64,000 nucleotides of DNA from a virus, in IMG/VR virus record IMGVR_UViG_3300023184_000039, positions 32,001 through 96,000 of that record. One strand, written 5' to 3'. The notes under the pieces are model-generated. The model was not told the origin of the DNA. It made no database searches and saw nothing but the letters and a program-made list of their open reading frames with translations. The position numbers were made by a program, and so were the translations under genes. This document shows positions 19,723 through 28,237 of the stretch, piece after piece. Each line of letters starts with the position of its first letter. The first letter of the stretch is position 1.

Positions 19723-19765
19723 GCACTACCTCTTGCTGTTGGATGTTCAATTATACACAATTATT

Positions 19766-20377
19766 TTAATTATCAAGCAAAAGAGGGTCCTGCTGAATCT
19801 TGTTCTGTTTTACTTTCAGGTCAATCTCTGAAACTGTTCCGAGTGACTCCCTAGCAACTATTTCATCAATCGTAATATCGTAAGAAAGGTATGCTCCAGC
19901 CAAAAATCGGTCGCCCTTGAGCGGGGTTAGGTCGGAAAATTCTTCCCTTAATGAGGTTGCATCTATTCTTGCTAGCCATGATTCCCGAGCATCTGATGCT
20001 TTCATTGATGGGTAATCCAGCAGAGCCGAACGAACAACAGTCGTTAATCTGTCGCGCATTTGAGTTACCAATTTTGCCGAATCTGCTCGCGCCCATACAT
20101 ACGTTCTCATGGAATACGTAACCCTAAAAATTGGGTCAAGTCTGTCGTAGTCAATTCCATCAAATTTTGTAGTAGATATCGCTACGGTTATGAGTGTTGG
20201 CCACTCATCAAGGGCAATCGGCTCGTGCGTTAGAAATTTAATGGGTGTTGGCAACTGTATGTCATCCAGTGACCAACCATTCCTGTAAGAAACCATTCGA
20301 TTCGGAATATCCGACATGAGATAGGAGTTCACATAGTCTTTGGCAAATTGCGGGCCATGCATTAGGTCAATGGTCAT
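19766..20377 (-). CDS. tail terminator / completion protein (putative)
   Basis: 203 aa between the morphogenesis gene and the sheath; assigned by synteny. Confidence 0.55.
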   Translation of the reverse strand: MTIDLMHGPQFAKDYVNSYLMSDIPNRMVSYRNGWSLDDIQLPTPIKFLTHEPIALDEWPTLITVAISTTKFDGIDYDRLDPIFRVTYSMRTYVWARADSAKLVTQMRDRLTTVVRSALLDYPSMKASDARESWLARIDATSLREEFSDLTPLKGDRFLAGAYLSYDITIDEIVARESLGTVSEIDLKVKQNKIQQDPLLLDN

Positions 20378-20379
20378 AA

Positions 20380-20868
20380 CTAACCAGCCATCATACTAAA
20401 TGGGCCAAATTTTCCATTTGTTTGGTAGGCGGCGGCGGTATTGGCAAGCCTTCTGGCAAATAGTGGCGGCTCAAATACAATTTTTCTTTTTGGCATTTTA
20501 GTGGTTCCGTATTGATGAAATTTTGCATATTCAACAGATGTTCCGAATTGTGCATGATGTGTTCCAATAACATTTGGGCTACCTTGCAGACTAGACAAAC
20601 TTCTAAACAAACGACCAGTTCTTACCATTGTAGGCATACCGGGGAAGTGTGTCATTTTCCACGAACCATAGCCTGCATCAAGGGCATTCCAAACAGAACC
20701 AGATGGAAGTCCGTTCTGTGCGAAGTTTGCAGCATTCCATGCTCTCATCGCAAGTTTGGCTTCTTCAAAAACGGGTGTAAAATTCTTTCCTCTTTTTTTT
20801 ATTTCATCTAAAGATAAAACGACTTTTTTCTCGTGAACTTCAATTTTGACCTTCGTATAGCGAGCCAT
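20380..20868 (-). CDS. phage virion morphogenesis (tail completion) protein
   Basis: MVRTGRLFRSL...FGTSVEYAKFHQYGTTKMPKRKI motif. Confidence 0.85.
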   Translation of the reverse strand: MARYTKVKIEVHEKKVVLSLDEIKKRGKNFTPVFEEAKLAMRAWNAANFAQNGLPSGSVWNALDAGYGSWKMTHFPGMPTMVRTGRLFRSLSSLQGSPNVIGTHHAQFGTSVEYAKFHQYGTTKMPKRKIVFEPPLFARRLANTAAAYQTNGKFGPFSMMAG

Positions 20869-21740
20869 TAGGAAATACGGTTTCTTCTAAATTTCTTCAA
20901 TGCCATTAGTTCAGACTCAAGGAATCCCGTGGTTAGTGGAGCAACATCTCTTGGGTTAAGTTCCTTTATACCAACAACATCATCATGCATGTTTTGTATT
21001 TCACGGCTTACTGCCCTCAGAATCATTAATTTAAAAACTGGAAGCGCCACCCCATCAAGCCCAGCGGTGTAGGTGATTGTCAACAGGTCGTCGGCAGCAC
21101 CCATGAAAAAGTCAATTCCAAATTTTCTCACTACGTAATCAGAACCGTTGACCATGGTCTTTCCTAGCGTGATAACGGTTCCCGACGTATTCGCAGTAAG
21201 ACCAATATTGGCATTTGTTTTTGCATAAGAGATTGTTGATTGTGTTCTAGCAGTAACCACAAATTGACCGTTAAATACGGAGTTCGTACAATCCGAAACC
21301 TTTATCGTGTCTCCGACCACAACTGGGTGGAGTCCAGAAACTGTCAATGTTGCAACATTTGACGTCAGTTGGATATGTGTGGTCGTCATTGTCTTGCGAA
21401 GTGGGGTGTAGAGAACTTTACTCACTGAGACAACTGGGGAATTGGTCAGGTATACAGTCCGTGGCGGTTCGACCCACGACTGCTGGGGGACACTGGATGA
21501 ACTGTAATAAGATGTTCCCCATGCCGTTGAGTTTTGGAAAAATGAGCCTTGCGGGACACCAAGATGGTCGGATGGAACTCGCACCATCTCTGTAAATTCC
21601 GAGACCTCTATGGGGCGACGCAGATATGCCTCAAGTTCTCCTTGGACACCATTGATGATGAGTTCGGCCGCATCCATCTGCCTATTGCTCAATGCAATAT
21701 CCATATATGTCTTTACTTCAGATACAGTAACTAAAGCCAT
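20868..21740 (-). CDS. head-tail adaptor (gp6/gp15-like) with inserted beta domain
   Basis: MALVTVSEVKTYM...EAYLRR...ITYTAG...LMALKKFRR pattern; insert ATLTVSGLHPVVVGDTIKV...FNGQFVV. Confidence 0.75.
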   Translation of the reverse strand: MALVTVSEVKTYMDIALSNRQMDAAELIINGVQGELEAYLRRPIEVSEFTEMVRVPSDHLGVPQGSFFQNSTAWGTSYYSSSSVPQQSWVEPPRTVYLTNSPVVSVSKVLYTPLRKTMTTTHIQLTSNVATLTVSGLHPVVVGDTIKVSDCTNSVFNGQFVVTARTQSTISYAKTNANIGLTANTSGTVITLGKTMVNGSDYVVRKFGIDFFMGAADDLLTITYTAGLDGVALPVFKLMILRAVSREIQNMHDDVVGIKELNPRDVAPLTTGFLESELMALKKFRRNRIS

Positions 21741-21754
21741 TTAAGCCTCCCCAA

Positions 21755-21970
21755 TTACAATACGCTTGGTGGGCCACCAAGTGTATTTTGTACTGAGCGA
21801 CGTCCTGCCCTAAAGTCCCCACGCCTTGAACGAGCAGATTTCCTAGGTTTCATCAAATCCCTGGTTCCCATTCGGAATTTACCCTTTTGGAAAAATTGCG
21901 AAGCCCTGCCGATGCGCTTGAGTAGACTGGTTCCTTCTTCTCCGCCAATTCCTGGGGTGGGCATGAACAT
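21755..21970 (-). CDS. small basic hypothetical protein
   Basis: 71 aa, Arg/Gly-rich, GGAG upstream. Confidence 0.5.
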   Translation of the reverse strand: MFMPTPGIGGEEGTSLLKRIGRASQFFQKGKFRMGTRDLMKPRKSARSRRGDFRAGRRSVQNTLGGPPSVL

Positions 21971-22029
21971 TCTCCAAACTGTAAGTAATTACAGGTTAGA
22001 TTTTACCATCTAATCAACCTACGGGGTTA

Positions 22030-22575
22030 TCACCTATCTGGGTTGGGTGGAACCTCAACGGAAATATCATTAACCACGGCCGCTGAAATCTCAATTGGAA
22101 CCCAAGCACGAGAGTATGTGTGTTGAGAAATTTTCCTTATTTTGATGAGTGTTCCCTCAAGTAGCAATTCTAGTTCGTCGTGTTTCATGCAAAAAATTCT
22201 TTCAAACTCCGAGGTCGTAATGGCTCCAGAAAACGATAATTTTTTTACTATTCCAGAAAGCCTCTTGGCAACAAGGCTCCCCCGACCACGATTCATTTGG
22301 ACATGAAGCACCATGGCTTGAAGCGCGCCGCAGTCCATGTAGACAACAGGAACGACACCACCAAGTTTTAGTTTGATATGCGGGTTTTGCGATGCCAAAT
22401 AGAATCTTTGATGACCGTCAATTATTTCCCCGGTAGATTTCCTAATCAATAACGGCGAAAGTATTCCATTGTCAAATATTGATGCCGATAAGACCAGTAG
22501 GTCTGGCCGGAGTATGTAGTTTGCTGCCCATTCGGATGGTTTAATTTTGGTAATCTCAACCATTTCAACTTTCAT
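22030..22575 (-). CDS. ParB/Srx-like nuclease domain protein (IbrB-like)
   Basis: IKPSEWAAN...SIFDNGILSPLL...EIIDGHQRF...MNRGRG; overlaps the PAPS-reductase gene. Confidence 0.8.
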   Translation of the reverse strand: MKVEMVEITKIKPSEWAANYILRPDLLVLSASIFDNGILSPLLIRKSTGEIIDGHQRFYLASQNPHIKLKLGGVVPVVYMDCGALQAMVLHVQMNRGRGSLVAKRLSGIVKKLSFSGAITTSEFERIFCMKHDELELLLEGTLIKIRKISQHTYSRAWVPIEISAAVVNDISVEVPPNPDR

Positions 22576-23704
22576 CTAATACAACCTCAATCATTTCTGT
22601 TTGTCTGACTGTGTGCGCTCTTGTCCCTGGGCCTATCGGCGATGCTGATGTCACATTGATTTCATTAAGCAAGAGGTTCCTGATGAGCCAATTAATTGGA
22701 TATGAATGTGGGTCCATGTTGTGTTTACTTCTAAACTGTGAAACAAAAGCTCGCGCACGACGTTGCTTTGTTTCCCCCATTATGAATTCATCTATAAATC
22801 TTCCAGCACCAGAAAAACCTTCAGATGAATACATTGATATCAAACCCTCCACATCAAATTCCGACCACATTCTTCTTTGGGAATCAATTCGTGGATACAC
22901 CTCAACCAACCTGTCATAAAATTCTGGCTCCGTAGCAACGACATCACCTATCCTGCGAATCGCCACAGAATGTAGGGGTATACCAACCCTCGTGTTGCTC
23001 CCAGTGATTGCAGCCAAATCGTAGTACTCGCAATATTCTGCCCCATGTTCTTCCGTAATAAATTTGAGGACATCGTCCATCTGCCAGTCGTAAATAACTT
23101 TTGCAAACCTTAAGGGTATTCCCTTTTTCATTTTGAACGGTATGACAATGTAATTTTCGTGCAACTTCTGCACACACGAGCGATACCGAATCATTGATTC
23201 GTTTGCCCTTACTCCGGTAATAAATGCAACTCGCCCAGTTTTTCCTTGCATTGTGTAGTAGTCAACAGATTCAGGAAGAGCCTTCTCGTGCGTCAATCCA
23301 AAATGGTTTGCATTGATTGCAAAATCCGGCATTGGTCTAATCCACTCACCGGAAAGCCTTCTTCTCTCGCTCCACAGAATTGCCGATTCCCTTCGACCAA
23401 GAATCCATATTTCTGCACCGTACGGGAGGCAGTACCACTCCATGTCAACCCAGTCGTAGTCACGAACCTTCATTACATAGTCAATGACCGTTGGACTCAC
23501 CATTTCCTCGTCACGAAAAATTACCTTTACCGGACCCAGACCGCGTTCTTCGTGAATCTCTTTGGCAAGATATAAAACAGCAGTTGAATCTTTCCCTCCA
23601 GAGAACTGAACACAGACTGTGTCAAATGTGTCGTAAACATGCCTCATTCGTGCGCGAGCCGCATCAACGCATGACATGTCCAGAAACATTCGCTGTCTTG
23701 TCAT
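22565..23704 (-). CDS. PAPS reductase family protein (IbrA-like)
   Basis: PP-loop FSGGKDS, FRDEE, WYCLP, TGVRANESMIRY and VIYDWQMDDV motifs. Confidence 0.85.
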   Translation of the reverse strand: MTRQRMFLDMSCVDAARARMRHVYDTFDTVCVQFSGGKDSTAVLYLAKEIHEERGLGPVKVIFRDEEMVSPTVIDYVMKVRDYDWVDMEWYCLPYGAEIWILGRRESAILWSERRRLSGEWIRPMPDFAINANHFGLTHEKALPESVDYYTMQGKTGRVAFITGVRANESMIRYRSCVQKLHENYIVIPFKMKKGIPLRFAKVIYDWQMDDVLKFITEEHGAEYCEYYDLAAITGSNTRVGIPLHSVAIRRIGDVVATEPEFYDRLVEVYPRIDSQRRMWSEFDVEGLISMYSSEGFSGAGRFIDEFIMGETKQRRARAFVSQFRSKHNMDPHSYPINWLIRNLLLNEINVTSASPIGPGTRAHTVRQTEMIEVVLDES

Positions 23705-23713
23705 TGTTGTTTA

Positions 23714-24481
23714 CTAAACCTCGCAGTGTTCGTCAATAAAATTCATTAGTCGCTCAGATGTTGTGTTCCCATCAATCCCTGGGTCATTGCGCAACCATCT
23801 TACGAAGTTGTACCAACGCGACTGCTGTTCAATATTGTCAAACACAATCGTGTATTGAACAATTGCATTTGCTGACTTTGAGCCAGTTGCAACAGTGCTT
23901 CCTCGTGCTGCTAATTCCTCGTGAGGAATGTCGTCGTTTGCTTCTAGGTCTCCGTCAGAATTAATATCACCAACAGACTTCTTGGCTTCGTTTGTCGTCC
24001 GTATTATTTCTGGGGGAGTGAATGTTGTGCTTGTGGCAAGAGTGCTTTCCTCAATTGAGGATATTTCATGCATTGCCGCCATATCAAATTCATCCCACCC
24101 AAGACCAGCAAACAGTTCTGAGAACTCATCAGAAATTTCTAAAAGGATTTCAGAAAGGATGGAGTCATCGGTTCTTCCGAGTTCAACAGTCTTGTTGTCG
24201 GCAATAGCAAATGCAAGTGCACGCGATTCATTTCCGTCAAAAAATATGCAAGCAATTTCATCCCACCCAAGTTTTTTTGCGGCAAGAAGTTGGTGATTGC
24301 CAGCAATAACGGTTGCCGTTCCATCGTCGTTCTTCCTTGCAACAATGGGCTTTACTTGACCGAACTCATAGTAGGAAGCAACGATTGCATCCACATCGCC
24401 ATGTCGTGGGTTTCTCTCAAGGGCAACAAGTGAGTCAATCGGAACTCTAAGTTGCGATAGGGATTTGTGAATATTTGTCAT
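23714..24481 (-). CDS. ParB-like N-terminal domain protein
   Basis: NPRHGDVDAIVAS...FGQVKPIV...VIAGNHQLLAAKKLGW...AIADNK. Confidence 0.85.
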   Translation of the reverse strand: MTNIHKSLSQLRVPIDSLVALERNPRHGDVDAIVASYYEFGQVKPIVARKNDDGTATVIAGNHQLLAAKKLGWDEIACIFFDGNESRALAFAIADNKTVELGRTDDSILSEILLEISDEFSELFAGLGWDEFDMAAMHEISSIEESTLATSTTFTPPEIIRTTNEAKKSVGDINSDGDLEANDDIPHEELAARGSTVATGSKSANAIVQYTIVFDNIEQQSRWYNFVRWLRNDPGIDGNTTSERLMNFIDEHCEV

Positions 24482-24813
24482 ACCTGAACCCTAACATTCG
24501 CATTCAATGTCCTCAATGCATCTATTGACGTGCGAAGCGAAAACAACTTCTCCCTCTTCGCTTTAACCAATGCCTCGGCAATTTTGTGTTCAAAATTTTG
24601 GTCTGCAAGCTTGTAGTCTGCCCATGCTTCACGTTCACGAATGGAACCCTTTGCAGATAGATATTCTTTTGCCCACTCTGCTTTCATTCGTGCTTCTTTT
24701 TTTGCACCATCCTCAGCAAGGGTTTCAAATGCCTCGGTGTGTTCTTCTAATTGGTCTAGTAGGTGTAATAGGTCTTGTTCAATTTGAACCTGGCTAATCG
24801 GTGTGTTTCTCAT
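24478..24813 (-). CDS. helical protein, possibly a UvsY-like recombination mediator
   Basis: 111-aa coiled-coil pattern within the recombination cluster; function by weak resemblance only. Confidence 0.4.
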   Translation of the reverse strand: MRNTPISQVQIEQDLLHLLDQLEEHTEAFETLAEDGAKKEARMKAEWAKEYLSAKGSIREREAWADYKLADQNFEHKIAEALVKAKREKLFSLRTSIDALRTLNANVRVQV

Positions 24814-24816
24814 GGT

Positions 24817-25344
24817 CTAATTGTCCTTCCTTAGAGAATCAAGTATCGTCCAATCTACTTTCTCCAGCGCCGACAAATTCACTTTTGGCCAATCAATTAG
24901 ACTTGTACCCAAATATGTTTTTGCCATTTCTAGAAGTATCCATGCATCGCATTGGTCATCTGCCCCAGGGTTGCGAAATGTGATTCCGGTTTTTGCCGAT
25001 ATTGAAGATACAACCTCATTCTTTGAGGCGTTCCCTCTGCCTGTGGCAAATTTTGCTCGGCAGGTTGGGGGGATTTCAATGAACGGAATATTCATTTTGT
25101 AGAGAACCGTTCTCACAACTCCACCCAATTCACCAATTGAAAATGCTTGACCGCTGCGAGATGCAAAGGAGTAGCCCTCAATTATGACGGCATCAATTTT
25201 TTCCTCTGTTGCCATACTGGACACAACTGAAGATATTAGGTCAAGCCTCTTTACACCTTTTTCCGTAGTTGCAATTATCCCCATTTTGTTATCGCAGCAA
25301 AACCCAGTTGAGACAAGCGACAGGTCAAGGGCCAATAGATTCAC
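24817..25344 (-). CDS. ruvC: RuvC-like Holliday junction resolvase
   Basis: LALDLSLVSTG, IIEGYS, GELGG, ATGRGNASKNEV, DDQCDA acidic residues; GTG start 6 nt after TAGACT. Confidence 0.85.
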   Translation of the reverse strand: MNLLALDLSLVSTGFCCDNKMGIIATTEKGVKRLDLISSVVSSMATEEKIDAVIIEGYSFASRSGQAFSIGELGGVVRTVLYKMNIPFIEIPPTCRAKFATGRGNASKNEVVSSISAKTGITFRNPGADDQCDAWILLEMAKTYLGTSLIDWPKVNLSALEKVDWTILDSLRKDN

Positions 25345-25357
25345 AATCAGAGTCTAA

Positions 25358-25422
25358 TGGAATAGACGCAAAAGCCGAGTGAGTCTCCCCACCCGACTTT
25401 TGCGCCTATAACGGTCCTAAGG
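25358..25422 (-). ncRNA. candidate small RNA: 17 nt antisense to 23S rRNA H69 plus GNRA hairpin
   Basis: Minus strand reads TACACT-N6-CCTTAGGACCGTTATAG, then a 22-bp stem with four G-U pairs and a GAGA loop (25362-25409); intergenic. Confidence 0.5.
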
Positions 25423-25484
25423 ATTATAAGTGTACCTTTAGTGAAAAACATAATAAAGCAAGTATTCAAAATACTAGAGATATA

Positions 25485-25790
25485 TCACTGTTCCCAACCA
25501 TGCTTCGCTAATCCCAAATCAAAAGCAAGTTGTGGGTAGTTTCCGATGCGTGTATGGCATTTTCTGCACACGGCAATAACATTCTCTTCGTCCAGAATTG
25601 AGCCACCCTGTGAGCGTCGCTTGAGTTCGTGTACATCGCGTGATGGTTGTTGCACATAGGTGACAAGACCATCGTGTTTGGCAAACACAGGACAGGCAAC
25701 GCAGTAAGGAAACCTTTCCAGAATGTCCTTTACGAAAGGTCTACGCAATTCGTACTCTGCTTCTTTTTTTGCGCTTCTTTTTCTAATCAC
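25485..25790 (-). CDS. small HNH endonuclease
   Basis: CVAC...DVHELKRRSQGGS...NVIAVCRKCH. Confidence 0.8.
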   Translation of the reverse strand: MIRKRSAKKEAEYELRRPFVKDILERFPYCVACPVFAKHDGLVTYVQQPSRDVHELKRRSQGGSILDEENVIAVCRKCHTRIGNYPQLAFDLGLAKHGWEQ

Positions 25791-26290
25791 GAGAGGGTCA
25801 TTGATATTTTATCAAAATCCCATTTTTTCTCAAGAGCAGCCCAAAGTGCTTTGTCAATTGGAGTTTCTTCTAAGTCGTATTCTCGCATCAGAACTTTATG
25901 CTCATGGATTGCGCGACGATAGAAATTCACTTCGTCCCAACCGTCGCTTTCGGTGGCTACTCCACTCTCAATCATTTTTGTTACATCGTCAAGTCGACGC
26001 TCAACATGAAACTTGAATCTGTCAATTTTGCTCGCCCTGTTTGCATAGGCCGCTGATGACCTCATTGCCAGACCATCGCCATCACCACCGAGAGATGTGT
26101 AGCGGTCGTGTTCAATCTTTTCTTCTTCTTTTATTTGCCTAATTTGCAACTCTAGGTTTTCAGCAAGGGCCACTAGTGCTTCTTGCCATCGACTCCAGTT
26201 TTGCTCTTCAAGCAGTGTTTCTTTTTGTGACGGGGAGAGTTTGTTCTTGACTTCCTCTGCAACCATTTTTGCAAATGTTTCGTTTATCAT
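25787..26290 (-). CDS. hypothetical protein (helical)
   Basis: 167-aa ORF with AGGA RBS, in operon. Confidence 0.6.
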   Translation of the reverse strand: MINETFAKMVAEEVKNKLSPSQKETLLEEQNWSRWQEALVALAENLELQIRQIKEEEKIEHDRYTSLGGDGDGLAMRSSAAYANRASKIDRFKFHVERRLDDVTKMIESGVATESDGWDEVNFYRRAIHEHKVLMREYDLEETPIDKALWAALEKKWDFDKISMTLS

Positions 26291-26301
26291 CTTAATTTCC
26301 T

Positions 26302-27096
26302 TTATTTATTGAATGCCGGACAGATGGTTTTAAATGAGCACCAAGGACAAAGTTTCGTCACTGTTGTTGGGAAATCAACAGTTTGGCAAGCAGAGAGAAT
26401 CTCTCCATAAACTTTTTCTATGTCTGCAATTATTGCATCAATATCTTTTTGCTTTGGTCGCTGAGTGAACTTGACGGCCTCCTTTAGATAGAGAAGTTCC
26501 AATTCTTCAATTGGTTTATCTATCTGCTGTTGTAGCAAAATCCCATAAATAGAAAGTTGGTACCACTTGTCTTTTAGCCATGCTGGATTACGTGGACTTT
26601 TCCCAGTTTTGTAATCGCTGATTTTCATTGCCCCACCATCGGTCAATGAATATCTGTCAACAAAACCCTTTACTGGAACATTTGCTCCGATAATCCCATT
26701 GACCTCATTTTCCACACCAGACGGTGTGATGGTTTGAGGGTTCTCAAGAACCCAAAGGTTCTCAACGCACCACCAAGAGTTCCACCTGAATTGCCGTACC
26801 TGGTCATCCTTTGGGAGAATGTTTCTTACTTGTTCTTCCCAGTTTGATTTAGTCCAAACAAACGATGAGATTGATTTTGCATTTATGAGGTTTCTTTCCT
26901 CAATGGGTCGTTTGTACAAATGCTCTAAAATTTCATGCACAAAAGAACCCATGAGGAGAGCCTCTGATGTTCCCTCTGGGATTTTATCAAGCCTGCTGAA
27001 CTTGTATTTAAGTCTGCATTGCTTCCATGTTGAAATGGAAGATGCAGACAAATACGGTGGAGGTGTTATCGGCTCACTTTGTTGTTGTAGCACCAT
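26302..27096 (-). CDS. RecB-family / Cas4-like PD-(D/E)XK exonuclease
   Basis: LSASSISTWKQC, GSFVHEILE, KGFVDR...DYKTGK, QLSIY and CPWCSFKTICP motifs. Confidence 0.88.
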   Translation of the reverse strand: MVLQQQSEPITPPPYLSASSISTWKQCRLKYKFSRLDKIPEGTSEALLMGSFVHEILEHLYKRPIEERNLINAKSISSFVWTKSNWEEQVRNILPKDDQVRQFRWNSWWCVENLWVLENPQTITPSGVENEVNGIIGANVPVKGFVDRYSLTDGGAMKISDYKTGKSPRNPAWLKDKWYQLSIYGILLQQQIDKPIEELELLYLKEAVKFTQRPKQKDIDAIIADIEKVYGEILSACQTVDFPTTVTKLCPWCSFKTICPAFNK

Positions 27097-27712
27097 TAAA
27101 GGACAACCTTACTGCTTCAGAGTGAAGTGCTGTAAGCATTTCCACAGGGGCGTCGGTTGCTTTTCTTGGCTTGGGCAAGGTTCCTGCAATTTCAATCCAC
27201 TTGCTGTTCAATTGCGATTTCTGTTCATCGCTGAATGTCTTGCTGATTGAGACAATGTTGTTGAATGCGGCATTTGCTTCTTGCGATGCAACTGGGGCAT
27301 CCATGATTTGTTCAATTTCCATTGCATCGTCTGAACGTGCAAGGTACAAACCAACACCGAGTGTCTGCACTGCTTTTTTAAGAGCATCAGATACGGCACC
27401 TTTGACTTCGTCACCGTAGTCAACGGCAAGACCAGTTGCTTTAATTCGTTTGATTTTCTGTCCACCGACACCATCTCGACTGACTTCTTTTCCGTCAATC
27501 ATGGCGGCAACGGTTACATGGGCAACGATTGAATCGCCAATTTCGGTGTAACCCTTAATTGAGAACGACCAGTTTTCAACACCAAGAACTTTGTTCATGC
27601 GATTGATGACTTCGCTCACTGGAATATAGGTGAGGTTTGTTCCACCCTTGTTGAGGGTGCGCTCCATCTCTTGTGGAAACTGCTCTGTTAATTGTGGGTA
27701 TAGTTCATTCAC
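27074..27712 (-). CDS. Rad52/22-family (Sak-like) single-strand annealing protein
   Basis: LTYIPVSEVINRMNKVLG..NWSF...KGAVSDALKKAVQTLGVGLYL. Confidence 0.88.
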   Translation of the reverse strand: MNELYPQLTEQFPQEMERTLNKGGTNLTYIPVSEVINRMNKVLGVENWSFSIKGYTEIGDSIVAHVTVAAMIDGKEVSRDGVGGQKIKRIKATGLAVDYGDEVKGAVSDALKKAVQTLGVGLYLARSDDAMEIEQIMDAPVASQEANAAFNNIVSISKTFSDEQKSQLNSKWIEIAGTLPKPRKATDAPVEMLTALHSEAVRLSFNGATTTK

Positions 27713-28205
27713 TTTCGGTTCCTCCCTTTCGGACGATGATGCTTACTTTTGTTTCTCCTGCAATGCAATAATTATCAGCATTGAGACCTAATTTGCTAAG
27801 TTCGCCAACCTTCCAATAAGAGGGTTGGACGTAGTTGAGCAACTGTGTGATTAGGTCGTGTTGATTAACCATGACCTCACCAGTGTCCATGTCAATGGCT
27901 CGTTGCATAAGTTTTTCAGCAACAACATTGGCTAGGTCTTTATGTTGCCAGCCAGTTCTTTTTGTGTTGTACGACTTTTCAACCTCGCCGTTTTGGAGCA
28001 TGATGTTTGATGCTTCACCCATAACTTGTCCAACCCCAAAGGCGAATGATTCATAGACAACTCGCATTTCAGACTTGACTAGGTTTAGGTCTAGAAGCAG
28101 GCCGCATGCCTCTTCTACCGACGGAGAAGATTCTACATAGGTATCAAATTCGCGTTGAAGTTCTAATAGGGTTTGATGTAAACCTGTAATTCTGTCTTTT
28201 AACAT
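27705..28205 (-). CDS. hypothetical protein
   Basis: 166-aa ORF with GAGG RBS, coupled to the Rad52-like gene. Confidence 0.6.
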   Translation of the reverse strand: MLKDRITGLHQTLLELQREFDTYVESSPSVEEACGLLLDLNLVKSEMRVVYESFAFGVGQVMGEASNIMLQNGEVEKSYNTKRTGWQHKDLANVVAEKLMQRAIDMDTGEVMVNQHDLITQLLNYVQPSYWKVGELSKLGLNADNYCIAGETKVSIIVRKGGTESE

Positions 28206-28237
28206 ACGACCTCTTCTAGTATGGTTTTGTAACTTGC

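Noticed and set aside
19389-19760. Alternative 123-aa minus-strand ORF overlapping 19309..19722
   Set aside because: Non-ATG start and no RBS; the other frame has an RBS and abuts the sheath gene.
25406-25422. rRNA gene fragment or cloning-vector I-CeuI site contamination
   Set aside because: The match is only 17 nt, lacks the flanks of the full I-CeuI site (TAA...TAGCGA), and is integrated with a promoter-like element and hairpin; not called as rRNA.
26302-27096. Cas4 as evidence of a CRISPR-Cas system
   Set aside because: It is a stand-alone RecB-like exonuclease paired with Rad52/Sak, typical of phage recombination modules; no array seen.
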